Notes: generated by a model not told the origin, from the sequence alone. Counted from the first letter of the stretch, positions 11,709 through 23,231 are shown. The stretch: DNA of 64,000 nucleotides from an uncultured Pelagibacteraceae bacterium (GCA_902598015.1 CACJZT010000001.1:101628-165627); one strand, 5' to 3'. Numbers and translations are program-made.

Positions 11709-11965
11709 GTTGGTTTTCCAACTATGACGATAAACGAATTTCGTAATAACCATTACGGACGTGGGGGCAGTACCCACCACCTCCACCATTTTCAACTTAT
11801 GGGGGTGAATTAGGATCGACGGATGACTAAAAGTTATTCTTTCGTTCGGTATTGTTCCGCCGTGAAGGGCTAATTTATAAATGCTAACGAAAGTTACGCA
11901 CTTGCAGCTTAATTAATTTATTAATTAAGTTACGGGGTTTGGGGCACCTGGCAACAGAACGCCCC
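11709..11965 (+). ncRNA. ssrA: Two-piece (circularly permuted) tmRNA; tag (A)ANESYALAA
   Basis: Acceptor piece ends CACCTCCACCA at 11788 with GGCAGTA T-loop; 12-nt intervening segment; coding piece starts GGGGGTG at 11801 (G3.U70 pair); tag frame 11883-11912; terminal GGGGC/GCCCC hairpin; outer ends approximate. Confidence 0.95.
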
Positions 11966-11983
11966 TTAATAAATATTTGTTTT

Positions 11984-12069
11984 TGGTGCGGTCAGAGAGA
12001 CTCGAACTCTCATGGGCTAGGCCCACACGGCCCTCAACCGTGCCTGTCTACCAGTTTCAGCATGACCGC
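11984..12069 (-). tRNA. tRNA-Leu(GAG)
   Basis: Cloverleaf, anticodon arm CACGG-TTGAGGG-CCGTG, long variable arm, encoded CCA. Confidence 0.96.
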
Positions 12070-12127
12070 ATGTTATGCGGCAGATTAAATGAATGACAAT
12101 TCTAATTCAAGTTGATAAGTTTTTTTT

Positions 12128-13117
12128 ATGGAATTTACAAGTGAAATTAAAAAAGCAACAAACTCAATTTATAACAAAGTATCAAAAAAAATTCCTGAGA
12201 TAGAATGGGCTACACATGCACCATATATTTATAAAATTAATAAATTAAAAAAAGAGAAGAATGCAGTAATTCTTGCTCACAATTATCAAACACCAGAAAT
12301 TTATCACGGCATTTCAGATTTTTCTGCAGATTCTTTAGCGTTAGCAGTAGAGGCTGCAAAAACAAAAGCAGATATAATTGTGATGTGTGGTGTTCATTTT
12401 ATGGCTGAAACTGCAAAACTAATGAGTCCTGAAAAAAAAGTTTTACTACCAGATATGAAAGCAGGCTGCTCACTCTCTTCATCTATAACAGGTGATGATG
12501 TTAGAAATCTGAAAAAACAATATCCTGGCGTTCCAGTGGTCTCGTATGTAAATACATCTGCTGATGTTAAAGCCGAAACTGACGTTTGCTGTACATCTGC
12601 AAATGCAGTAAAAATTGTAGAGTCATTAGGAGTAAAAAAAGTAATATTTTTACCTGATGATTTTTTAGCTAAATATGTGGCATCACAAACTGATATAGAA
12701 ATTATTTCTTGGAAGGGAACTTGTGAAGTGCATGAACAATTCAATGATCAAGAAATTAATGATATTAGAAAAGCTAATCCAGGCATAAAAATAATAGCAC
12801 ATCCCGAATGTCCTCCTGATGTAATACAAGCATCTGATTTTGCAGGTTCTACAAGTGGAATGATTAAATATGTGAGAGATAATCAACCAAAAAAAGTTAT
12901 GATGGTCACAGAATGCTCGATGAGTGACAATGTCCAAATTGATAATCCAAATGTTGAATTCATTAGACCATGCAATCTTTGTCCTCATATGAAAAGAATT
13001 ACTTTGCCTAAAATATTAGATTGTTTAGAAAATGAAACCAACGAATTAATTATGGACAATGAGACAATTCAAAAAGCAAGAAAATCTGTAGAGAGAATGG
13101 CAGAAATAGGCAGATAA
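12128..13117 (+). CDS. nadA: Quinolinate synthase
   Basis: ILAHNYQ, CGVHFMAE, AGCSL, YVNTSA, AHPEC, CPHMK. Confidence 0.97.
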   Translation: MEFTSEIKKATNSIYNKVSKKIPEIEWATHAPYIYKINKLKKEKNAVILAHNYQTPEIYHGISDFSADSLALAVEAAKTKADIIVMCGVHFMAETAKLMSPEKKVLLPDMKAGCSLSSSITGDDVRNLKKQYPGVPVVSYVNTSADVKAETDVCCTSANAVKIVESLGVKKVIFLPDDFLAKYVASQTDIEIISWKGTCEVHEQFNDQEINDIRKANPGIKIIAHPECPPDVIQASDFAGSTSGMIKYVRDNQPKKVMMVTECSMSDNVQIDNPNVEFIRPCNLCPHMKRITLPKILDCLENETNELIMDNETIQKARKSVERMAEIGR

Positions 13118-13122
13118 AATCT

Positions 13123-13959
13123 GTGTCTAAAATTCAATTAAGTAAAAATTTTATAAAATCTTCATGTAAATTAGCTTTGAATGAAGACTTATATCCATCA
13201 GGCGATATTACCTCAGAATTAATTAATAAAAACATTAAAAAGAAAGTTAAAATGATAAGTAACCAAAAAGGTATTTTGGGTGGTATAGAATTTGCAAAAG
13301 AAACTTTTAAATTAATTGATAAAAAAATAAAATTTAAAAAAAAAAAAAAAGATGGATCTCGAATTAAAAAAGGAGATGTAGTTGCGACTATTGATGGTTA
13401 CTTAAAAAATATTTTAACTGGCGAGAGAGTAGCACTAAACTTTGTTTCTCATATTTCTGGAATAGCAACGAAAACAAATATGTTTGTAAAAAAGGTAGGA
13501 AAAAAAACTAAAATATGCTGTACAAGAAAAACGATTCCAAATCTTAGAGTAATTCAAAAATATGCTGTTAAATTAGGTGGTGGAACAAACCACAGATTTA
13601 ACTTAAGTGATGAATACTTAATAAAAGATAATCATATAAGTTCTGAAAAAAATTTTGAAAATTTAATTAAAAGAGCCATCAAAAATAAGGGTGGAAAAAA
13701 AATAACAGTAGAGGTTGATAATTTATCTCAGTTAAAGAGAATCTTGGGTCTGAAATTTGATAGAATTTTATTAGATAATATGAACTCAAAAAATTTAAAA
13801 AAAGCAGTCAAAATGTCTGGGAAATTTTATGAAACTGAGGCATCAGGAGGAATTAACTTAAAGAATGTTAAAAATGTTTCTTCTACTGGAGTAGATAGAA
13901 TTTCTGTAGGATCTCTAACTCACTCAATGAATGCTTTAGACTTAAAATTAGAAATCTAG
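13123..13959 (+). CDS. nadC: Nicotinate-nucleotide diphosphorylase (quinolinate phosphoribosyltransferase)
   Basis: GDITS, TRKT, NHRFNLSD, IKDNH, EVD, LLDNM, EASGG; GTG start. Confidence 0.96.
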   Translation: MSKIQLSKNFIKSSCKLALNEDLYPSGDITSELINKNIKKKVKMISNQKGILGGIEFAKETFKLIDKKIKFKKKKKDGSRIKKGDVVATIDGYLKNILTGERVALNFVSHISGIATKTNMFVKKVGKKTKICCTRKTIPNLRVIQKYAVKLGGGTNHRFNLSDEYLIKDNHISSEKNFENLIKRAIKNKGGKKITVEVDNLSQLKRILGLKFDRILLDNMNSKNLKKAVKMSGKFYETEASGGINLKNVKNVSSTGVDRISVGSLTHSMNALDLKLEI

Positions 13960-16625
13960 AATTTAATTTTGTTTTTTAATTGAGCTTGAGCAGCAGCAAG
14001 TCTTGCAACAGGCACTCTGTAAGGTGAACAAGATACATAATCTAAACCAGCACGTGCACAAAAGTCGATACTTTTAGGATCACCTCCGTGTTCACCACAT
14101 ATGCCAAGTTTAATTTTTTTGTTAATTTTTTTACCTTTTTTTGCTGCTATTTCTATCAAATCCCCAACTCCGTCATCTATAGAAACAAATGGGTCGATAT
14201 CGAAAATTTTATTATCAATATAATCATTTAAAAACTTGCCACTATCATCTCTGCTAATTCCAAAAGTTGTTTGTGTTAAATCATTTGTTCCAAAACTAAA
14301 GAATTCTGCATGTCTAGATATATCATCTGCTTTAATTGCTGCTCTTGGGAGCTCAATCATTGTCCCCACTAAAAAATTTAGTTTTGTTTTGGTTTTGTTT
14401 TCAACTTTTTTTGCAACTCTAATCACTAAATCTTTCATTATTTTTATTTCTGCTTCAGTAGATACCAAAGGTATCATGATCTCCGGAATAATAGATTTTA
14501 TCTTGAGATTTTTACATTCAACTAATGCATGAAAAATCGCAGTACACTGCATCTCATATATCTCTGGGAACGATATACCTAATCTACAACCTCTATGACC
14601 CAGCATTGGATTTTGTTCATGAAGTTCTGTTATTCTACCTTCTAATTCTGAACTTTTGATGTTTAAAGCATTTGCTACATCGCTAATTTCTTTTTGATTT
14701 TTCGGTAAAAATTCATGAAGCGGTGGATCTAATAATCTAACTGTAACAGGTAGACCATTCATAATTTTAAAGATATCAATAAAATCCTTTTTTTGAAAAG
14801 GAAGTAATTTCTTTAAAGCACTAGCCCTATCTTCTTTTGATTTTGATAAAATCATTTCTCTTACAGATAAAATTCTCTCTTCATCAAAAAACATATGCTC
14901 TGTTCTACAAAGACCTATTCCTTCAGCTCCGAATTCTCTAGCAGTTTTACTATCAAGAGGTGTTTCAGAGTTAGTTCTAATTTTTAGTTTTCTAAATTTG
15001 TCAGCCCAACTCATAAGTTTAGAAAAATCTCCCGAAATTTCGGGTTTAACTGTTTTAACTTCTCCTTTTATAATTCTACCAGTTGATCCATCAATTGTAA
15101 TTAAATCACCTTCTTTAATTTCATTATTTTTTGTTTTAAAAATTTTATTTTGGTAATCTATTTCTATTTCGCTTGAGCCAGATACACAAGGCCTACCCAT
15201 TCCTCTTGCAACTACTGCAGCATGGCTGGTCATTCCTCCTCTTGCAGTAAGAATTCCTTTAGCTGCATGCATTCCATTTATATCTTCAGGTGATGTTTCT
15301 ACTCTTACTAGGATTGTATTTTGCATCATTCCATTTAATCTTTCAGCTTCATCAGATGTAAATACTACTTTTCCACTAGCTGCTCCTGGAGAAGCTGGAA
15401 GGCCTTTGGCTATTACTTCTAAATTCGCTGCTTCATCTAAAGTTGGATGAAGTAAAGTATCTAATGAATTTGGTTGTACTCTAAGAACAGCCTCTTTTTT
15501 TGTGATGAGTTTTTCTCTTTCCATATCGACAGCAATTTTGACTGATGATTTCGCAGTTCTTTTTCCTGATCTAGTTTGCAACATCCACAACTTATTATTT
15601 TCGACTGTGAACTCCACATCCTGCATATCTTTATAATGTTTCTCCAGTTTTATAAGAATATTTTTTAGATTTTTGTAAACTCTAGGCATAGACTCTTCCA
15701 TTGAAAGAAGTGTTTCTTTTGCATCTTTTCTTGCTTTCTTAGTTATATGTTGGGGCGTCCTTGTTCCCGCTACAACATCTTCTCCTTGAGCATTTATTAA
15801 ATACTCGCCATAGATTTCATTGAAGCCATTGGATGGATTACGCGTAAATACAACACCTGTCGCACAATCATTACCCATATTACCAAAAACCATAGACTGA
15901 ACATTTACTGCAGTTCCCCAATCTGACGGGATATGATTTAATTTTCTATAGACCTTTGCTCTATTGCTCTCCCATGACAAAAAGACTGCACTAATTGCAC
16001 CTAGTAATTGTTCATTAATATTTTGAGGAAAATTTTTTTTTGTTTTTTCTTTTACAATATTTTTAAAGTCTTTAATCAATCCATCCCAATCATCTTCATC
16101 CAAATCAGTGTCTAGCAAAACACCTTTTGTAAGTTTGTAATTTTCAATTAATTCTTCAAAATTATAACTTTCAACACCCATAACAACATTTGCATACATT
16201 TGTATAAATCTTCTATAACTATCTTTTGCAAATCTAATATTTGATGTTTTATTTGCCAAAGCAATCACAGTTTTGTCATTTAGTCCGAGATTTAAAATAG
16301 TATCCATCATTCCTGGCATGGATACTCTTGCGCCAGATCTTACAGATAATAATAAAGGATTTTTCAAATCTCCAAATTTTTTACCAGAAGCTTTTTCAAT
16401 ATTTTTTAATTCTTTATTTATTTCATTTATGATTTTTGGCTTTAATTTCTTTTTATTTTTATAAAATAAATGACAAACTTCAGTAGAAATCGTAAATCCA
16501 GGTGGGACAGGCAAACCCATCCTTCCCATTTCAGATAAATTTGCACCTTTACCTCCTAAAATATTTTTTGGGTTTTTTATTTTTTTTGTGTCTTTAGATT
16601 TAAAATTAAATACTAATTTTGGCAT
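13956..16625 (-). CDS. ppdK: Pyruvate, phosphate dikinase
   Basis: LGGKGANL, SVRSG, GGMTSHAAVVARG, GTNDLTQ, GICGEHGG. Confidence 0.98.
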   Translation of the reverse strand: MPKLVFNFKSKDTKKIKNPKNILGGKGANLSEMGRMGLPVPPGFTISTEVCHLFYKNKKKLKPKIINEINKELKNIEKASGKKFGDLKNPLLLSVRSGARVSMPGMMDTILNLGLNDKTVIALANKTSNIRFAKDSYRRFIQMYANVVMGVESYNFEELIENYKLTKGVLLDTDLDEDDWDGLIKDFKNIVKEKTKKNFPQNINEQLLGAISAVFLSWESNRAKVYRKLNHIPSDWGTAVNVQSMVFGNMGNDCATGVVFTRNPSNGFNEIYGEYLINAQGEDVVAGTRTPQHITKKARKDAKETLLSMEESMPRVYKNLKNILIKLEKHYKDMQDVEFTVENNKLWMLQTRSGKRTAKSSVKIAVDMEREKLITKKEAVLRVQPNSLDTLLHPTLDEAANLEVIAKGLPASPGAASGKVVFTSDEAERLNGMMQNTILVRVETSPEDINGMHAAKGILTARGGMTSHAAVVARGMGRPCVSGSSEIEIDYQNKIFKTKNNEIKEGDLITIDGSTGRIIKGEVKTVKPEISGDFSKLMSWADKFRKLKIRTNSETPLDSKTAREFGAEGIGLCRTEHMFFDEERILSVREMILSKSKEDRASALKKLLPFQKKDFIDIFKIMNGLPVTVRLLDPPLHEFLPKNQKEISDVANALNIKSSELEGRITELHEQNPMLGHRGCRLGISFPEIYEMQCTAIFHALVECKNLKIKSIIPEIMIPLVSTEAEIKIMKDLVIRVAKKVENKTKTKLNFLVGTMIELPRAAIKADDISRHAEFFSFGTNDLTQTTFGISRDDSGKFLNDYIDNKIFDIDPFVSIDDGVGDLIEIAAKKGKKINKKIKLGICGEHGGDPKSIDFCARAGLDYVSCSPYRVPVARLAAAQAQLKNKIKF

Positions 16626-18689
16626 TTATGCTTCTATTTTAGAAAAGTTAAAATAATTATCGAAGCTTTTACACAACATTTTTAAAAGTTCTAGTCTGTT
16701 TTTTTTAATTATTTCCTCTTGATCATTAACTATGACATTATCAAAAAACTCATTAACCTCTATTTTGGCACTTGAAAGTGTTTTAAGACTTTCATCATAA
16801 TTCTCGTCTCTACCTATACTTGAAAAATACTTTCTTATAGTATGTATTTTTTTATAAAGATTTTTTTCATAATCATTTTTAAAAAGACCAGGATCGGCAG
16901 AACCTACAATTTCTAGTTTTGATTTACTTTCGCTATTCAAAATATTTGCAGATCTTTTATAAATTGCAATAACATCGAGACCAATATCTTTTTTAATATT
17001 TTTATTTAAATTTAATGATTTATTAAAAATTTTCAGTAAATCATCTATTCCATATGAATTAATGGAGCACTCAATAATATCCGACCTAATATTTTTTTCT
17101 TTCAAATAATTTTTTAATCTTTCTAAAATAAAATCTCCCAATTCATCATTTATCAATTTTGAGTCAAAAGAGTAATTTTGATCTTTGTATAAATTTATTG
17201 AATAATTTATCAGATCTCGTAATTTTATTTTTTTTTGATTTTCAATTATTAACCTTAATAAACTAATTGCCATTCTTCTTAAGGCATAAGGATCTTTTGA
17301 ACTAGTTGGTTTGAGATTAATTCCAAAAAATCCAACTAAGGAGTCTATTTTGTCGCTTAAAGATAATGCTATGCTGTATGGTTTTTTTGGAACTTTACTA
17401 TCAATACCACTTGGTAAGTAATGCTCTGAAACAGCTAAACTTATTTCTTCGTCAAAACCTTGCTCTCTTGCAAAGTATCCACCCATCACGCCTTGCAATT
17501 CGGGAAACTCTCCAACTAAATCTGACATCAAATCTACTTTGCAAATTGAGGAGGCAATTTCTATCTTTTCTTTACTTATTAAAAGTTCATCTGATATTAT
17601 TCCGCTTAGTTTTCTTACTCTTTGTATTTTATCAAAATAACTTCCCAATCCTTTAAAATAATTAATTTGCTTCAATCTAGATACCTGTTTAACTAAATTT
17701 TGAGACTTATTTCTGTTCCAAAAAAATTCTGCATCTGCCAACCTTGCATTTACAACATTTTGATTTCCTAATTTAACTAATCCTTTTTTGTCCTTACAAT
17801 CTGCCACAACTATAAAATTATTTGTTATTTTGTTTTTACTATCAAATGTAGGAAAATATTTTTGGTGATGTTGCATTGTTATAATAAGTATTTCTTGTGG
17901 AATTTCTAAAAATTTCTTATTAAACTCACATACTAAAATTTTTGGTTTTTCAACAATATTTATTATTTCGTCTATAAGTTTTTCATTAACGTTTATATGA
18001 ATTTTTTTTTGATTAGTTGCTTTATTTATTTCTTTAATTATAAATACTCTCCTTTTATTTTGGTCAATTGTTACTCCATTTTGTTTAAAAAATTTTATAT
18101 AAGATTTAAAATCAACAAAACTTTTTACTTCATCTTCTAGATCTTTATTTGTAAAAGTTTTATTTGAACTCAGTAAATGGTTTAATTTAAATTCAATTAT
18201 TTTTTTATCAAATAAAGCTAATATTGATTTTAACGGTCTTCCCCAATATAAATCATGATTGCCCCATTTCATTGATTTTTTCCATGAAATTTTTAAAAGC
18301 AAACTTGCAATATTTTCTTTTAATAAATCGTAAGTTTTTATTTTTTGTGATGGTTTGTTGTAGAAGTAGAATATGCCTTTTTCAGTGCTTTTTTTGAAAA
18401 CTTTTTCTTTACTTATCTTATTGGATTTTAAAAATCCTTCCAAAGCCTTTTCTGGAGCATTTATATTAGGACCTCTAATTTCCTCTGCTTTTTTTATTAA
18501 ATCTTTAGGTATCTTATTTATATGAACAATGAGCCTATTTGGAGTTGAATAAGTATTAATTTTACCTTTAACTATAATTTCATTATCGTCAAAAAATTTT
18601 TTTAAAATTTGTGTTAATTCATTTCTAGCATTGATTTGTAATCTGGAAGGTATTTCTTCACTAAATAATTCAAGGAAAAATTCAGACAT
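16626..18689 (-). CDS. glyS: Glycine-tRNA ligase beta subunit
   Basis: ELFSEEIP, HQKYF, ARLADAEFF, VGEFPELQG, SKDPYALRR. Confidence 0.96.
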   Translation of the reverse strand: MSEFFLELFSEEIPSRLQINARNELTQILKKFFDDNEIIVKGKINTYSTPNRLIVHINKIPKDLIKKAEEIRGPNINAPEKALEGFLKSNKISKEKVFKKSTEKGIFYFYNKPSQKIKTYDLLKENIASLLLKISWKKSMKWGNHDLYWGRPLKSILALFDKKIIEFKLNHLLSSNKTFTNKDLEDEVKSFVDFKSYIKFFKQNGVTIDQNKRRVFIIKEINKATNQKKIHINVNEKLIDEIINIVEKPKILVCEFNKKFLEIPQEILIITMQHHQKYFPTFDSKNKITNNFIVVADCKDKKGLVKLGNQNVVNARLADAEFFWNRNKSQNLVKQVSRLKQINYFKGLGSYFDKIQRVRKLSGIISDELLISKEKIEIASSICKVDLMSDLVGEFPELQGVMGGYFAREQGFDEEISLAVSEHYLPSGIDSKVPKKPYSIALSLSDKIDSLVGFFGINLKPTSSKDPYALRRMAISLLRLIIENQKKIKLRDLINYSINLYKDQNYSFDSKLINDELGDFILERLKNYLKEKNIRSDIIECSINSYGIDDLLKIFNKSLNLNKNIKKDIGLDVIAIYKRSANILNSESKSKLEIVGSADPGLFKNDYEKNLYKKIHTIRKYFSSIGRDENYDESLKTLSSAKIEVNEFFDNVIVNDQEEIIKKNRLELLKMLCKSFDNYFNFSKIEA

Positions 18690-18690
18690 T

Positions 18691-19575
18691 TTAATTTTGT
18701 GTTTCTACCCAAATTTTTCCAATTTCTCTTGTTAGATCTCTTATCCTTGCAATATATTCTGATCTTTGAGCAACACTTATAACTCCTCTAGCATCTAAAA
18801 TATTGAACACGTGACTTGATTTTAAACATTGATCATATGCTGGAAGAGAAATTTTCTTTTCAATTAATGATTTTGCTTCTTCTTCGAGCATATCAAAAAT
18901 TTTAAATAATTTATCTGTGTTTGCATACTCAAAATTATAGGCTGAAAATTCTTTTTCAGCTTGATGAAAAACATCTTTGTATAAAACTCCCTCATCATTC
19001 CAAATTAAATCAAAAACATTTTTTTTACCTTGAATAAACATACATAATCTCTCTAAACCATAAGTAATTTCAACAGATATTGGATTGCATTCCATACCTG
19101 CCATTTGTTGAAAATAAGTAAATTGAGTAACTTCCATACCATCACACCATACTTCCCATCCAAGACCAGCAGCACCTAAAGTTGGACTTTCCCAATCATC
19201 CTCTACAAATCTGATATCGTGCTCTTCATATTTAATACCTACTGATGAAAGGCTATTAAGGTACATTTTTTTAATATCTTTTGGTGAAGGTTTTATTAAA
19301 ACTTGAAATTGATAATAGTGTTGCAAACGATTAGGATTTTCTCCATACCTTCCATCTGTTGGTCTTCTTGATGGTTGAACGTAAGCTGTTTTCCATGGTT
19401 TAGAACCTAATGATCTTAGAGTTGTTGCTGGATGAAATGTTCCTGCTCCAACTTCTAAATCATAAGGTTGTAAAATAACGCAACCTTTTTTTGACCAGTA
19501 CTTTTGAAGATTTAAAATTGTATCCTGAAAAGAAATAAATGATTTTGAATTTTTTGTTTTTTTTTTAGAAACCAT
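18691..19575 (-). CDS. glyQ: Glycine-tRNA ligase alpha subunit
   Basis: [29 protein letters not shown]. Confidence 0.98.
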   Translation of the reverse strand: MVSKKKTKNSKSFISFQDTILNLQKYWSKKGCVILQPYDLEVGAGTFHPATTLRSLGSKPWKTAYVQPSRRPTDGRYGENPNRLQHYYQFQVLIKPSPKDIKKMYLNSLSSVGIKYEEHDIRFVEDDWESPTLGAAGLGWEVWCDGMEVTQFTYFQQMAGMECNPISVEITYGLERLCMFIQGKKNVFDLIWNDEGVLYKDVFHQAEKEFSAYNFEYANTDKLFKIFDMLEEEAKSLIEKKISLPAYDQCLKSSHVFNILDARGVISVAQRSEYIARIRDLTREIGKIWVETQN

Positions 19576-20371
19576 ATTTTTGCCAAATAGATCTTTCTTC
19601 TAAAACACTTATCAATTTATCCGCATGGTCTTCTGAAGACGAAAGTTTTTTGGCAAGCCACCCTTTGGACTTTTCAAATTTTTTAATTTCAACATCTTCA
19701 CCAAATTTTTCTCTTAGTATTTGTTCAGCATTCCCTATTCCATCTATCAAACCAAGTTTTAAAGATGTTTTGCCAGACCAAAATTCTCCAGAAAAAAGTT
19801 CAACATCAGTTTTGTTTAATTTTGTTGATCTACTTTCCTCTACAACATTAATAAATTCTTGGTGAAGTTCCAGTTGAATATTTTTTAATCTTTGAATGTC
19901 CTCTTCTTTCTCGTCTAAAAAAGGGTCCAGAGTACTTTTATTTTTTCCGGCTGTATAAACCCTTCTTTGAACCCCTATTTTTTGAATTAAATCTTTAAAA
20001 CCAAAAGAAGAATAAATTACTCCTATTGATCCGATTATAGAACTTGCATTAGCATAAATCTCATCACCTGCGCATGCAATTAGATATCCTCCAGATGCAG
20101 CAACATCTTCGGCAAAAACTATTACTTTTTTTTTGTTTTTCTTAGACTGTTCTCTAATAAATTTATATATTAGATGTGATTGAACGGGTGAACCACCTGG
20201 TGAATTAATTGAAATTGCAACAGCCTCTGCTTTTTTTACTGAAAAAGCTTTTTTTATCATTTCTTCTTGAGAGGAATATTCTATTCCTTGTTTAAACTTT
20301 CCAACATTTCCTATGACGCCGGTAAGTCTTAAATGACTAACAATTTTTTTTTTTTTAAAAAATGAAAACAT
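19565..20371 (-). CDS. S49-family peptidase (single-domain SppA/SohB-like)
   Basis: [22 protein letters not shown]. Confidence 0.9.
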   Translation of the reverse strand: MFSFFKKKKIVSHLRLTGVIGNVGKFKQGIEYSSQEEMIKKAFSVKKAEAVAISINSPGGSPVQSHLIYKFIREQSKKNKKKVIVFAEDVAASGGYLIACAGDEIYANASSIIGSIGVIYSSFGFKDLIQKIGVQRRVYTAGKNKSTLDPFLDEKEEDIQRLKNIQLELHQEFINVVEESRSTKLNKTDVELFSGEFWSGKTSLKLGLIDGIGNAEQILREKFGEDVEIKKFEKSKGWLAKKLSSSEDHADKLISVLEERSIWQKYGF

Positions 20372-20479
20372 ACAAATGATTATAAAAATTTTACTTAATT
20401 ATAAAGCTACTTATAGTTGAAGAATTAGGTGCGTCAATTGATAAGTATATTAATAAACTTAATGTAATATTTTGAATTT

Positions 20480-21493
20480 ATGGGTTCAGTAGTTCAATTA
20501 AAAAAGCAAATAACTAATGCGTATACAGATTTAGTAAATTCTGTTGATGAAAAGCTAAGTTTAGTTGAAGACAAAATTTCTTATAAATTAGATAGTAAAG
20601 TTGAGCTAGTTAAAGAAATGACTGCTTATCACATGACTAGTGGTGGTAAAAGATTAAGAGCATTGCTTACTTTGGAAAGTGCTAAATTGTGTGGATATAC
20701 AAAAGGGATTAGAGATGTAAACCTAGCTGCATGTGTTGAGCTTATACACGCAGCAACTCTTATGCATGATGATGTAATTGACAGTGCAGATTTAAGAAGA
20801 GGCAAAAAAACTACAAATAAAATTTGGGGGAATCAGTCATCAATTCTTGTTGGGGACTATTTATTAAGTAGATGTTTTGAAATGATGGTTGAGGATGGAA
20901 GTATTGAAGTGTTAAAACTTCTGTCTTCTACATCGTCAACTATTGCTCAAGGAGAAGTTTTGCAGTTACAACATAAAGGTGACTCTGAAATGTTGGAAGA
21001 AACATATTTGAATATAATTTCATCTAAAACTGCAGCTTTATTTTCAGCATCTTCAAAAGTTGGGTCGATAATTACTGATAAAGAGAATAAATTTAAAGAT
21101 GCACTAGAATTCTATGGAAAAAACCTTGGATTAACATTTCAGATTGCAGATGACACACTTGACTATAACTCAGAATTAAAAATGTTTGGTAAAGAGATAG
21201 GGAAAGATTTCTTTGAAGGCAAGGTAACTCTCCCAATTATTCTATTAAATCAAAAATTATCTTCAGATGAAAAATTAGTTTTAAAAAAAATATTTGAACA
21301 AAATATCAGATCTAAAGAACAATTTGAATATGTACTTAAGTTGGTAAAAAAAAATAATATAATTAATGAGTGTTACAAAAAAGCGGAGCACTATATAAGT
21401 TTAGCATCAAATTCATTAAGTATATTCCAAGATTGTGAAGAAAAAACTATACTTAAAAATTTAACTTCTTTTAGTATTAATAGAAAATTTTAA
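20480..21493 (+). CDS. ispB: Long-chain polyprenyl diphosphate synthase (IspB-like)
   Basis: GGKRLR, HDDVID..RRG, FQIADD, GKDFFEGKVTLP. Confidence 0.88.
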   Translation: MGSVVQLKKQITNAYTDLVNSVDEKLSLVEDKISYKLDSKVELVKEMTAYHMTSGGKRLRALLTLESAKLCGYTKGIRDVNLAACVELIHAATLMHDDVIDSADLRRGKKTTNKIWGNQSSILVGDYLLSRCFEMMVEDGSIEVLKLLSSTSSTIAQGEVLQLQHKGDSEMLEETYLNIISSKTAALFSASSKVGSIITDKENKFKDALEFYGKNLGLTFQIADDTLDYNSELKMFGKEIGKDFFEGKVTLPIILLNQKLSSDEKLVLKKIFEQNIRSKEQFEYVLKLVKKNNIINECYKKAEHYISLASNSLSIFQDCEEKTILKNLTSFSINRKF

Positions 21494-22113
21494 GGTGATA
21501 AAAGAATTTTTTTCCAATCATTATTTTCTTTAATATATTTTAACCTTTCGTGAATTCTATTTTCACCATCTAACCAAAATTCAATTTCGTGGTGTTTTAA
21601 CCTCCATCCTGACCAATGATCAGGTCTTGGAACATTATTTTCATCTTTATAGAGATCTTTAAATTTTTTTATAGATTGGTTTAGTTCTTCTCTATCTTTT
21701 AAAATTGAACTTTGATGTGACGCCCAAGCACCAATTCTACTTCCATAACTTCTGGAATTATAATAATTATCAGCTTCTTCATCTGAAACTTTTTCAGCAG
21801 TTCCAACTATACGAATTTGTCTAAGTAAACTTTTCCAATGAAAGCACATTGAAATATTTGGATTACTCTTTATTGAGTTTCCTTTATTACTATTAAAGTT
21901 AGTGTAAAAAACAAATCCATGTTCTCCATAGTCTTTGAGTAATACCATTCTTACATTCGGATAACCTTTTTCGTCAATAGTGCCTAGAGCTAATGCATTT
22001 GGATCATTTATTTCGGTTTTCTTTGCCTCGTTATACCATTCAGTGAATAATAATATTGGATTATCGAGTTCTCCAAAGCATTTATCTAATCCTAAAGAAT
22101 TTTTTTCGTTCAT
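21490..22113 (-). CDS. pdxH: Pyridoxine/pyridoxamine 5'-phosphate oxidase
   Basis: RMVLLK, FYTN, RIGAWAS, IEFW..RIHER. Confidence 0.95.
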   Translation of the reverse strand: MNEKNSLGLDKCFGELDNPILLFTEWYNEAKKTEINDPNALALGTIDEKGYPNVRMVLLKDYGEHGFVFYTNFNSNKGNSIKSNPNISMCFHWKSLLRQIRIVGTAEKVSDEEADNYYNSRSYGSRIGAWASHQSSILKDREELNQSIKKFKDLYKDENNVPRPDHWSGWRLKHHEIEFWLDGENRIHERLKYIKENNDWKKILLSP

Positions 22114-22145
22114 AATTTAAACAAAATAACTTATATAATAATATA

Positions 22146-23231
22146 ATGTCTTTTAATACATTTGGAAAATTTTTTCGTTTTACTACATGGGGTGAGTCGC
22201 ATGGACCAGCAATAGGATGTGTTGTTGATGGATGTCCTCCCAATATTAAGCTTAATATCAGCGACATACAGTCAGAATTAAATAAAAGGAAGCCTGGCCA
22301 ATCTAAATTCACAACTCAAAGAAAAGAGGACGATAAAGTAGAAATTTTATCTGGTACGTTCGAGGGAAGAACAACCGGCACGCCAATTTCAATGATTATA
22401 TTCAATAAAGATATGAGGTCTAAGGACTATAAAAATATCAAAGATAAATTTAGACCTGGTCATGCTGACTATACATATTTTAAAAAATATGGAATTAGGG
22501 ATTACAGAGGAGGAGGAAGACAGTCAGCAAGAGAAACTGCCTCACGAGTTGCAGCGGGGGCAATAGCAAAACAAGTTTTGCAAAATATTATTGGGAAAAA
22601 ATACAGTGTAATTGGAGCAGTAACACAATTAGGAATACTGGGATGTGACACAGAAAAATGGAATGACAAATTTATCGCAAAAAACCCTTTATTTTGTCCT
22701 GATAAAACAGTTTTAAAATTGTGGGAAAAATATTTACTTGGAATAAGAAAAGCTGGCTCATCATGTGGGGCTATTATTGAAGTAAGAGCAAGAGGTGTGC
22801 CTGTCGGATTAGGAGCTCCAATTTATTCTAAATTAGACATGGATTTGGCATCAGCTATGATGAGTATTAACGCTGTAAAAGGGGTTAACATAGGATCAGG
22901 CATGAACTCTGCTCAACTTTCTGGTGAACAAAATTCTGATGAAATGTCCCAAACAGGAAATAAAACGAAATTTAAATCAAATAATGCTGGAGGAATTCTT
23001 GGAGGAATTTCTAGTGGTCAAGAAATAATGGTTTCATTTGCAGTAAAACCGACTTCATCAATTCTTTCTCAAAGAAAAACAATTAATAAATTTGGAAAAA
23101 ATACTTCAATTTCAGTTAAAGGTAGACATGATCCGTGTGTTGGTATTAGAGCAGTACCTATAGGTGAAGCAATGATGCATTGCGTAATTCTTGATCACTA
23201 CTTAATGAATAAAGCTCAATGCGGTAATTAA
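22146..23231 (+). CDS. aroC: Chorismate synthase
   Basis: GESHG, RPGHAD, SARET, KPTSS, GRHDPC. Confidence 0.98.
   Translation: MSFNTFGKFFRFTTWGESHGPAIGCVVDGCPPNIKLNISDIQSELNKRKPGQSKFTTQRKEDDKVEILSGTFEGRTTGTPISMIIFNKDMRSKDYKNIKDKFRPGHADYTYFKKYGIRDYRGGGRQSARETASRVAAGAIAKQVLQNIIGKKYSVIGAVTQLGILGCDTEKWNDKFIAKNPLFCPDKTVLKLWEKYLLGIRKAGSSCGAIIEVRARGVPVGLGAPIYSKLDMDLASAMMSINAVKGVNIGSGMNSAQLSGEQNSDEMSQTGNKTKFKSNNAGGILGGISSGQEIMVSFAVKPTSSILSQRKTINKFGKNTSISVKGRHDPCVGIRAVPIGEAMMHCVILDHYLMNKAQCGN

Noticed and set aside
11709-12069. tmRNA and tRNA genes (also at 28710 and 54893) as integration sites for mobile elements
   Set aside because: No integrase, no duplicated 3' end noticed and only core genes in the flanks
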